A stretch of 64,000 nucleotides of DNA, from NCBI GenBank assembly GCA_013239625.1, contig MU054323.1, positions 20,605,082 to 20,669,081 on the forward strand, read 5' to 3'. Shown in pieces: positions 11,741-21,960 of the stretch. Under the pieces are notes generated by a model. That model was not told the DNA's origin. It did not search any database and saw only the letters and a list, made by a program, of their open reading frames with translations. Each line of letters starts with the position of its first letter. Within the stretch, counting starts at the first letter, position 1. This DNA is from Lama guanicoe. Lineage: Eukaryota. A program made the position numbers and the translations under genes.

Positions 11741-11880
11741 GGGGGAGGGTATAGCTCAGTAGGACAGCACATGCTTAGCAGGGATGAGGTCCTGGGTTCA
11801 ATCCCCAGCACCTCCATTTAAAAAAAAAACAACAAAAAACCTAATTACCTCCCCTGAAATAAAAAATTTTTTAAAGAATC
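11741..11880 (+). mobile_element. tRNA(Ala)-derived SINE, vic-1-like, long form with cctaattacctcccc tail
   Basis: gggggagggtatagctcagtagg...gaggtcctgggttcaatccccagcacctcca, A-run, cctaattacctcccc, A-run. Confidence 0.92.
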
Positions 11881-12276
11881 AAACAAAAATTATATAAAGT
11901 AAAGAGAAAAAGAAAAGGCCAGGACAGGCTCCATCTAGCCTTTGACACTCGCTGATCTGGCCCAAGTGCTCATGCTACAGAGGAGGGAACTGAGGCCCAG
12001 GCAGGGCTGTGGCTTGTTTGATACCACACAGTGATTATCATCAGTCAGGGCTCCACCTGGGCTTCTCCTGTTCCCACACAGGTTCCTTCCATTCCAAGAT
12101 ACCATCCCCTGAGCTGAGCTGAGGGCCCGAGGGCACGGAGGGCTGGGCAGAACTGGGCAGGATGGGGGGATTTGTCCCCTCCAAGAATGCCGCATCCTGT
12201 AAGGATACATTCCTTCAACCTTTTGTCCCCATAGGGGTCCCATCAAGCCCAGGAGAGTCATTAACAACTGCTGCCC

Positions 12277-12470
12277 TACTATACATAAAATAGACCAGCA
12301 ACAAGGATTAACTGTGTAGCACAGGGAACTATATTCAATACTTTATAATAATCTATAGTGCAAAATAATCTGAAAAAAATATGTAACTGAATCACTTTGC
12401 TGTACACTTGAAACTAACACAATATTGGTAAATCAACTATATTTCAATAATTTTTTTAAAAAGAGAAAAG
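12277..12470 (+). mobile_element. Cetartiodactyl-type L1 3' end
   Basis: tgtagcacagggaactatattcaata...atgtaactgaatcactttgctgtacacttgaaactaacacaatattggtaaatcaactatatttcaataa. Confidence 0.85.
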
Positions 12471-12830
12471 AGTTGTTCTCTACACATTTATTAATTTCTT
12501 AGATGGGGAAACTTAGACCCAAAGAGGTTCTTGGGCTTGCCCAAGATCATACTGCAAGTCCCAAACTCTGTAGTCAAGGAAGAGAGTAATCGGTCAGATT
12601 TGGCTAAGTCACCTCAAGCCCAAGTTAGAGAGGAACAAAAGAAGGGGCCTCAGGAATTAGAAAGAAAAAGGGAAAAGCCTGCAGTGTCTGGATTGGGATT
12701 CCCTTCCCTGACCCCTCTCACTCTTATTGTGGCATCAGTTCCCCTAAGCTTGAAAGAAGAAGAAACTGTTTTGCAGGTGCGCTACATCCCACAACTTCAG
12801 GAGGCATCACTTACCTGCCAGTCTATGAAA

Positions 12831-12888
12831 ATGGCACTTCCTGGAGTTGTGCAGTGGACACACCGCACAGCTGTACACGGCAGCGCTG
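12831..12888 (-). mobile_element. MER91-like fragment
   Basis: reverse complement cagcgctgccgtgtacagctgtgcggtgtgtccactgcacaactccagg resembles the element at 1077. Confidence 0.55.
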
Positions 12889-13409
12889 AGAGAGTCATCT
12901 GTTGTTGGGTGGTGGGGAGGTGTTTAGGGAAGGGACAGGAGTGACTAACACTGCAGCCTGGATTAACCAGTGACTGATTCCATCCATCCAGTCAACCACT
13001 ATTTATTGCCACAGATTATATGCCAGGCATCGTGAAAGGGACTTTCCAGTCTTAAAATAGAATGTACACCTAGGGAAGAGCCAGGGTTAGGGACAGGGAT
13101 GGAGAGGCAGCTGTCCCATGACAAAACCCCACCAACCCTCCCTTCCAATGCTTCCCCTCTGCCCAGCCCTTTCCATCCTTCAAACTCTCCTGGAGTAAAT
13201 CTCCGAAATCCTCCCCTCCCTTCCTCCCGTCATCAATAGACTGTTGCGCTGTGCATTTTCTGTGGGTCTCCTCCACCGGATGGTGGGAGGCCCTTGCAGC
13301 AACTCCTTCTTCCATGTGGCACCTAGGATTCATACATTCTTTCATTCATTCATTCACTCATTCACTCATTTTACTTCTTTCATTCCACAGGCATTTATCT
13401 GTTTGATAA

Positions 13410-14090
13410 CCAGATTTTTTTCATGAAAAAAGAGATATGTACCAATGGTTAAAAAAAAAATTAAACATAGCGAAAACAAGAAGTAATTCTCTTCCATCTT
13501 CCCAGTTTCCCTCTCAGAGACAACTATTTTCTCCAGTTTCTAAGTCTCCTTCCAATTCTTTCGAGGCATTTCCTAGTGTATAAATATAAATACACGTATG
13601 TGCATGTATATTATTTTCCTTCCTTCACAAAAGAAAGAATGCATTACACATTGTCCTGCACTGTGATTTTTTCCCCACTTAACACTGTAGCAAGGTATTT
13701 GCTCCATATCAACACATTCTTCCACATCTGTGCGATATTCCATTGTGGGGATGTCCCACCATTTACGTCAGTCCTAACTGGTCAACATCTAGTCTGTTCC
13801 TGGTTGTCCACGGCCATGAAAGTTTTTCTTCATGGATCATTGTACATTTCTAGTAGCCTAGATTCCTTGTACTGTAATTTCTGGGACAAAGGGAATATGC
13901 ACTTTGTATTTTGATAGCTATCATCCAGTAGTCCTCTAAAAAGTTATACCAGATTGTACCCAAAACCACGTTTCTGTCTTTGCCAATCTGAAGGATGAAA
14001 AATAGTATCTCATTTTAATTTATGTTTTTAATTATGAGGGATACTAGCATTTTTTCTCTGTTTCCAAATCATTGATTTCTCTTTCCCTTA
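13410..14090 (-). mobile_element. Old L1 (L1ME-like) 3' fragment
   Basis: AT-rich; ttccattgtgggg...ttttgatagcta...ttgccaatctgaaggatgaaaaatagtatctcattttaattt, typical of antisense L1. Confidence 0.65.
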
Positions 14091-15396
14091 CCTCTCTTCA
14101 ACAGTGTTTAAGGAGACACTTACATCAGGCTATTCATTTTCACAGCCACATAGGCAAAGTGTCTGGGACCCGTGGAATTTTCAAGGTCCTACAAAAAGGG
14201 TTTGAGACCTGGGGGAAAATGTATTGGCTTGAACATTTTTAAAAGACTGGAAAATCGAACCTAAAATGATGTAATTTAATGTCAACCAAACACGATCTTT
14301 TTGCAAGTTCATTAACTGGAAAATTGGAACTCATATATGTTTCATTACATTTGAAAGCAATTTGTTGGTTTAGATGTTCTCATTTCAAAGAATTCCCAGG
14401 TATGCATGATGCTTTTCAAGAAATTGGAGTCTATTTTAAATTAAATGCATTAATTGTAGTTGAATAATTTCACAATCATAATTAATTGAAAACCCTTTTA
14501 AAAATTTACCATCAAATGACATTCAATGTGCAATCAGAGTGTATTTTAATATGTTTCATGTGATTTGGGTGGGGCCTCCAAAAGCGTGTCAAGGGCCAAT
14601 GGTGGCTTTATTTAAAAAAACCTGTAAGCCTCTAAACCAGACAGACAAGGTCTCAGTCTCATGGAGTTTCTGGTCCAAGAACAAGCTGACCTTCTCAGCA
14701 AAAGTAAGGGACAGTGAAGTGGACTGGATCTGAGTTCTTGGGTTAGCCAAGGACCCCTGGCTTCTCTCCCAATGCCTGACTGTCACAGAGAAGAAACTGT
14801 TTCCTGTGTCACACCCACCCCAGCCTAGTGACTCAGCACCGGACACCAGGGTTTTGGAAAGCTCAGTGGGGTAATGGAGCCATGTTGGGAAGGATGGGGT
14901 GGAGGTGATGCTCTCTATGGCTCTGGGGGACAGAGATAGGGAGGAAAAAAGACAAACTGTCCCCAAATGACATCTTGAGACATCAGAACAAAATGTGTTT
15001 TTCTCTTTCCTACTCTCTCCCCCTTTTAAAAGGAAATAGAGCTCAGTCTTTGAAAGGGACCACCTAGGGGTCTAAGTCACAAGTGTGAAGGTTTTAAGAC
15101 TGGGAGGTGAGCAATTCAGCACCTCCCCCTCCTCCCTGTCTGCCTCCCCTCCCCACTGCCCTCCCTATCTGAAGCGTAGAGGAGAAAGGGCAGAGAGGAC
15201 CTGCAGAAAGAAGCACTGTTACCTTGTGCGTGCCGTTTGCGTGCGTGGGTGCCTTGTGTGTGTGTACATGCGTGTACCCCCTCCCCTAATGCTGTCTCTA
15301 TCGCTAGCCGCTGGCATAGGATTTGGCGTTGTAACAACCATGGTCTATCTATTCAAACCCCACTGAACTGAACAGCACAGTGAGATGAGCAATTTT

Positions 15397-15532
15397 ATGT
15401 TAGGTATTTTTTGGCAGAAGGAGGTAATTAGGTTGATTTATTTATTAATTTTTAATGGAGGTACTGGGGATTGAACCCAGGACCTCCTGTACTCTAAGCA
15501 CACCCTCTACCACTGAGCTATACCCTCACCCC
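15397..15532 (-). mobile_element. tRNA(Ala)-derived SINE, vic-1-like, long form, inserted at the 5' edge of a MIR
   Basis: ggaggtaattagg...atggaggtactggggattgaacccaggacctc...ctctaccactgagctataccctc; degenerate TSD agatgagcaatttt (15383-15396) / agatgagtggtttt (15533-15546). Confidence 0.92.
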
Positions 15533-15546
15533 AGATGAGTGGTTTT

Positions 15547-15690
15547 GAGTCCCACTGGTTCCCTACCAGCTGTGTGGCCTTGAGCAACAGCTGCCCACTT
15601 CTGAGCTCAGTTTCCTCATTTGTACAGAGAGCACCAGACATCATGCCAACGAAGTGAAATGAAATCGGCAAGGCATGTAGCTCCAGGCGG
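15547..15690 (+). mobile_element. MIR SINE
   Basis: agctgtgtggccttgagcaac...ctgagctcagtttcctcatttgta. Confidence 0.75.
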
Positions 15691-16777
15691 GGCATTTTAT
15701 ATCCTTACCCTTTAACTGCACTGGAGGGAAAGCAAGCATTTGCCTGGCTGAGTGTTGTCAGGGAGGAGGAGATGGTGGTAGTACAGGAAAGGCTGCTTGC
15801 CAGCTTAAGAGAAGTTTGAGATTGCCCTGTAAATGCCTGTAGGGAGCCATGGAAGATTCTGCAGCAGGGGAGGGGCCAGAACCTGGGGGCCACTACCTGG
15901 GTCCCCATTGCATCTGTCATCTTCTCTTCCTTCTGTGTGCCCACTCCCACAGCCCAAGGAAGGGCTCCTGGGCCACAGCTCAGTTCCCACCAAGACCATG
16001 TCTGGGAGGAGGACAGCAGGGTAAGCCCAAGGACAAAGCGCAACAGGATGTGCCTGAGCCTGGGCTTGGACCCCTGCCCTGAGCCCTCCTCACTGGGTGA
16101 CTTGAATCCCTCTGAGCCTCAGCCTTCTCCTATAACGGGGGTGAAAGCAACGCCTTCATTGTGATAGTTAAATAAGATAATATGCGCAAAGCACTTGGCA
16201 CCACGCCTGTAGAAGTTGGAATTCAGTGCATGTTGTCATTAACTCAGAAAGATGACAAAGGTTGGAGAAGGGGAGAGATGGGACACAAAGAGGAGAGAAT
16301 GAGGGATCAGAGGCAGGGAGGAGTGACGCACAGGTAGCCCAGCTGCTTCTGCCTCTCTGGACGGTCCACCTGCAGCCAGGAAAGAAGCGTTGGAAGGAGG
16401 GAGTGATGGAGGGGCCTGGCTATTTGGTAAGAGAGGAGGTCATCCCTGACCCACTTCCCTCCTCCCCTCCCACCTCCAGCCCAGCCTGGTCCACCTCTCA
16501 GGGTGACAGGCTGGGCATGGAGGGCCAGAGGCATCCTGGAGTTTTCCAAAGCTGGGCCTCCTGCAAAGGGTGGGGTGGGGTAGGGCATTCCCAGGTGACA
16601 GGAGGTAGGGCTGCAGGTGTGGGGCATGGGAGCTGGGATTCCCCGTCGATCACTAGGGCCCCAGGCATGGCCCACCCTGCTTGACCGGAGGCCAGAGTCT
16701 GCTCCGTTTGAAGTGTGGGTCTGAGTGGCAGAGAGCTGGTGGCACTGGCTAAGACAGGTTCACTCTCACCCGCAGGC

Positions 16778-16862
16778 CAGCTGGGCCCTCCTCAGCGGCT
16801 GGGCACCTGAGCAGGTGTGGGTGGGTGGCGGGGGATCTACAGGCTGTCACTTCTAAAAATAG
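16778..16862. promoter_or_regulatory. Candidate muscle-type enhancer module A (E-boxes, Meis half-site, MEF2)
   Basis: CAGCTG 16778-16783; CACCTGAGCAGGTG 16804-16817; CTGTCA; CTAAAAATAG 16853-16862. Confidence 0.5.
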
Positions 16863-18366
16863 ATCCCCGTAGCCTGGGAGTCAGCCAGGTGTGGCCGCCA
16901 CACAGCTTCCCAAACTGGCTGATATGCACATGCACGCCAGTTCTGGGCCTCCACAGACACACATCACATGCCTAGCACAGACCCCAGGGGACCCATGGGT
17001 ACCCCAAAGATACATACTCAAGTTTGCACGCACGCGTCCCTGCTTGGGCCTGACCCCGTTTATGTCTGGGCCGCTTATCCACACACGCCCTCTTCCCACG
17101 CTCACAGTCCCCAACACACACTGACATCGACCTGGCAGCTCTTGGGCCTCTCCGGCTAGAACATCAGCCTCCCAAGGACAGCGCCCCTGTTGGTCTTGTC
17201 CACTGCTGTTTCCTCAGTGCCTGTAACAGTGCCTGCTGCACACCAGGCGCTCAGGAAATGTTTGCTCTATAAATGAATGCATGCGCGCACACACTCCATT
17301 AACTAATTACCCCCTCCCCTCACCCATCCCTGCCCTGGTGTTCTGGCTCTCCCAGGCCCTGGAGAGAGCAGCACCAGGAGGTTTGTCCTTCTCTGGCCTG
17401 GCCAAGCCCCCACACCCAGAGCCCAAGCCAGGATGTGGGAGTCCCCAGTTTCTACAGGAAGAACCTCCCCGGGGGAGCCTCAGCACTGTGCTGGAAGTCT
17501 GGGTGGGGCAGGTCTGGCTGGGCCACATCCCAGGAAATCCCCCGAGGAGAGAAAGGACACATGAACTGCTCCATGGCCCTCCCTGGCCCCATGGTCTGAG
17601 GGAGCTCCCAGTTTTAGGTGGCACCTCCCCACCTAGGAACCCTCGGCTCTGCTCCCACAAGACTTGGGCATGGCTTCCTACAGCCTGCACAGGGCTCCAA
17701 CAGAGTGAAGTCCGGGGACACAGGAGCAGAGCAGGGCAGTCAAGGAGGACTCCCTGGAGGAGAGGAGCCTTGTATGGTAAGAGGCAAGAGGACTTTCTGG
17801 GAAGAGGGTTGGAAGAGGTGTCCGAGCATCTTCAGCTCCAGGACTAGTGAGGGAGTGCCATGTCTGTGCTGGGACCTCATGGTACCCATGGGGTGAAGTG
17901 GTGGCCCACCGGGCGGGCTGAGCGCCAGGGATGAGGAGCTATGTTGTGACCCCAGGAACTATTGAGGGTCAGGGCAAGACTTATATTCACATCCTGCATC
18001 AGAAGACTCGAGAAAAATGTGCCTGAGTGGGGCAAGCTGTTAGAGGGGAGGACTAGGGACAAACAGATGGTCAATGGATGGACAAACAGACTAGCAAATG
18101 GACTAAAAGACACAGGAGGATGGGTAGACACATGGAAAGACAAAAATGGATGGATGGCCACTGGCTGTTTCTGTAGCCACTCTCTGAAGCCCAACAAGGG
18201 CCTGAAGACCCAGCTACTCTCACCCCAGACCCTCTCCCACCAGCCCCATTCCCTGTCTCCTCCCCAGGCCAGGCTCCCAAGGAGGCCAACATCTGCTTGG
18301 CCTGATGCCCAGAGACAACTTCCAGCCAAGTACAAGCCCAGATGTGGAATCACCTCCAGGTGTTCT

Positions 18367-18478
18367 CACCTGAGCAGGTGTACATAGGATAGGGTGGGGA
18401 TAGGAGCCATAACTAGGGGCTAATACCTCTAAAAATAGTCCACGAGCAGCTGGGGAATGCCCCAGTCAGGGCACGTGT
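18367..18478. promoter_or_regulatory. Candidate muscle-type enhancer module B (E-boxes, MEF2, TEAD/MCAT)
   Basis: CACCTGAGCAGGTG 18367-18380; CTAAAAATAG 18429-18438; CAGCTG 18447-18452; GGAATG; CACGTG. Confidence 0.5.
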
Positions 18479-19639
18479 GCAGACACGCACACACAGTCAC
18501 TGGCTGAATCATGGCCCCACAGACACTCACTGACACACACACAGGTGGGGACATGTCCACTGACACCTAAACACCGGGCCCCCTGCCACGGGGCCACCAA
18601 AAGGCATAGCAACAGAATGAGCCAATCATGCAGTCTGCAATATATGGGGCCACCTGAGCCCTTGGATACCCCAATGCTGCCCTGTCATTAACCTGCAAAT
18701 GTTCATTGAACAGCTTCTAGACCCAACCTTGGGGGATGTCAAAAGCAGCTCCTCACCCTCCGGGTGTTTGAAGTCTTGCCTTCGATGGCTCCTTCCAGAG
18801 AAAGCCAGACCCACAGGGCCCTTCCTGGCCCACTCTGACCCTGCCTCCTGCCCCACCTCCTCTCATTTCCCCTCCCTCAAGCCACATCTCACGCCTTGGG
18901 TAGACTCTCTCCTTCTGATATGCTTTGATCCACATTATTCCTGCAACCAGGAAACCCTATCCCATCTCACTCCTGGACCCCATGCACTGGTCCTATCATT
19001 CACAACAGAGATCTCTGCATCCCTACAGTTTTATAGTATGACACGTAATAGGGCTGCAACAAGTATTTGTTGATTGACCAATTGACCAGCTGGATGAAAT
19101 CATTAGAAATATAAGGCGGCTAAGAATTAGTGCCAGATAGGCAGTCTGCTATGGAATTCTAGTTGGAGTAGGGAAGCATCCATGGGCTGGGGACTTTGTA
19201 CCCCGACAGGCACACACTCATCACTACAGTTCCCATGGAATGAGTCCTGCATACTTGACCTTCCACTTGCTGTAGAAAAGATGCACAACCGATCAGTCAG
19301 CCGGGCCCAGCCCTGCAGTGAGGGCAGGGGAGGTTAGCGAGCCAGAGAAGGAAACTTTAGCCAAGGGTGGGGTCTCCCAGTCCCTCATTCCCTTCACCTA
19401 CTGACACTTTGAGAAGCCCAGGCATTTCTCTAGGGCTTTCTTCAGGGCTGAGAATGCCAAGGTAGGCACCCTGTGCCAACTCAGCAGGTCCAAGGACTTT
19501 GGATGTGCTGACGCTAACGGCCCTTCCACGCCCCATTTGGGCTCAGCTGGCCTGAGCTCACACTGGCCTGGGCCTGGGCCTGGCATTGATTGATTGCTTG
19601 ACATGGAGTTTCAGTCCTTCAGCAAGGACCAGTCACACC

Positions 19640-19885
19640 TGTAGAGTGTTCACTCTGAGTAAGGCCCATTTCTAAGCACTTTATTTGTATTTGCTCATTT
19701 AATTCTTGCAGCGACCCTATGAGGTAGATGCTGTTCTGATGCTCACTTTATAGTTGTGGAAACTGAGATACAGACATGGATGAACCAACTTACCTGAAGT
19801 CACAGCGGCTGGGAGTGGGTAGAGGAGTCCAGATTCAAACCCAGACACTCTGGCTCCAGAGCCTGCACTTTTAACCACTGCACAA
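19640..19885 (-). mobile_element. MIR SINE, near full length
   Basis: ctaagcactttatttgtatttgctcatttaattctt...gaaactgaga...agattcaaacccagacactctggctccagagcctgcacttttaaccac. Confidence 0.9.
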
Positions 19886-19991
19886 TACTGTGTCTCTTTT
19901 TAAACTTCTTTAAAAAAGTTTGGTCCAGGCTGCCTTTAGCACTAGGGGCACAGACATGTAACATTTCAGGTCATCCCCAGACCCGTGTATG

Positions 19992-20030
<39 letters not shown>

Positions 20031-20038
20031 TACACACA
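19992..20038. repeat. (TC)n(CA)n compound microsatellite
   Basis: directly visible. Confidence 0.95.
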
Positions 20039-21329
20039 TTCTGCTTTGTCCTGGTTCTGCCAGGCACATCCATGACCTTTTGGTTTCTCCACAGCCAGGC
20101 ATCAGGCCCATGGGAACACAGTGCTCTCAGGTTCGGGTCCAAGTCTATTCTGAAACATACCACCCTACGCCTCTCCCCTCCGCTGCCATCCTGGTTCCGC
20201 CCCGGGACAGCATTCCTGGAAAGCTCAAAGGCAGCTTCTTTCAGGAGAGATTTTTCCACGGGATCTCTGTGGCTGGAACTGGGATAAGCTGAGACGGGTC
20301 TTACCCACAGTCCCACGGAGGCTGCATTTTGGGGCCAGAAAGCTTGGAGTGCTCAAGGCTGTTCCTCATGTCTGTAGCAGAGGCCTTGGCAGACATGAAA
20401 CCCACAGGGTGCCCTTCCCCATTCCGGTGTGTCTCCTGAGGCTGTTCCTAGATTCTCAGAGTTCAGGCCTCCAGCACTTTTCTTTGCCAGCTTTGCTCAA
20501 TCCCACCCCATGACCAGAGCGTGTTCCTGTGTGTCTGGCCCTGTGCTGGGTGCCGTGGACCTGCCTCAATGGCTCACCGCACCAGACATACATTTGTGCG
20601 GCTTTCCCATGAGCTGTCAGTGACACAGGGCTGCAGCAAACCCCCAGAGACCTTCCTGGGCCTGTGCCTGGGCACCAGCCTTGGATTCACCTCCAGGATC
20701 TCCATCAGCTGCTCAGAGGCCCCAAAAACACATCCTGTCCTGCATCCTGACCCCTGGCCCAGGTCCAGGCTGTTGTTTTGGTTGCAGGAAAGCCCCCCCA
20801 CCCAAAGCTGAGTGTGCCGCCTGCTACTCAGAGGATGACTAACCGACTCCTGCTAGTCCTGGCACTTCCAGCCCCTCCTCCTTGCCTCGCCTGAGTCAGA
20901 GGCCCGTCAGCCCCCCTGTCCCCAAGGCCCGGCCGATTTGGGTGGGACAGCGCTGTCCCATTGCCAGGGCCTGAGGAGGTAGGCCAGGCCCTCACTCCTC
21001 ACTGGCCTGACCTTTAGCAGGAACTTCTGAGCATTCCTTGATCAAGAAATGCCGCCTGTGTACACACATACCCACACACCCACACACACCCATTTACACC
21101 CAGCCACGCTCTGACCAGAGATGAGGACAGTGCAGGTGTTGGGCTGGGCCATGACAGTCCGTGTGGGCGTGGCCTCCTGGCCTCTCCTGCAGAGGCCCCA
21201 GCCCTCCTGGTGCTGGAGAGCAGAGCCCTCGGCCTGGGAAAGGGACCTGTGCCCCTCTTCCCTCCCCTAGGCACAAATTCTGGCTGCCTAGGGTCCCTGC
21301 TCCTTTGCCTATGCCCCAACCCTACAGTC

Positions 21330-21363
21330 CGCTCGCTCGCTCGCTCGCTCGCTCGCTCTCTGT

Positions 21364-21395
<32 letters not shown>
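21330..21395. repeat. (CGCT)7 followed by (CA)~15 compound microsatellite
   Basis: directly visible. Confidence 0.95.
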
Positions 21396-21396
<1 letters not shown>

Positions 21397-21809
21397 CCCC
21401 AGCCTCCTCCTCTGCAACTCCTCAAGGTCTCCTTCCTCCTACTCTAGCCTCATAGAGAGAGTATCCAAGCCCCACAAAACCTTGGCCCCTGACTCAACCC
21501 CTGGGAGCTGAGATCAGGCCCTGGTGGGCCAGCCTTGGGGGACTTCCCCTCCCCACGACTGCCCTCCTGGGAGCCCCCTCCCTAGGCTGGACTTAGCAGT
21601 GGCTACACGGCCAGCCCTGCACCTTCGCCAGCCGGCTCACCCCCAGCATACAGAGGCACGCGCCGTGTCTCCGCAATGCTTCCCAGAGCCTGCCAGACTG
21701 CGTAGGTTCTGGCATTTTGTCTCCTTTTTTTTTTCACCCCCAGGTACTTGCCGTTGGCTCTGCCTGAAACGCCCTCCCTCCTTACCCTCCCGGCCATAAA
21801 GTCAACAGT

Positions 21810-21960
21810 CCACACCTGAGCACTGATGACCAGCCGGGCCCTGTACTGAGCGCTTTACAGATTTTCACTCATTGAAGCCTCACAAGCAGCCCAGGAAGAA
21901 AGTACCATTCATTATGCCCACTGTTCAGATGAGCCACAGCTGCGAGGAGTTAAGGAATGA
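21810..21960 (-). mobile_element. MIR SINE
   Basis: ctgtactgagcgctttacaga...ctcattgaagcctcacaa...attatgcccactgttcagatgag. Confidence 0.7.

Noticed and set aside
11741..11816. tRNA-Ala gene call for the SINE heads
   Set aside because: Diverged stems, A-rich tails and TSDs on several copies show they are SINE copies.
14140..14610. Possible old hAT-type DNA transposon (similar weak cases at ~25125-25300, ~31680-31900, ~60425-60520)
   Set aside because: AT-rich and transposon-like, but I cannot identify both TIRs or a family with confidence.
14832..14850. REST/NRSF-like TCAGCACC-GGACAC
   Set aside because: Lacks the canonical 2-bp spacer and the right half-site is imperfect.
15227..15274. Cluster of TGCGTG (AHR XRE cores)
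   Set aside because: Lies in a degenerate (TG)n tract where these words arise trivially.
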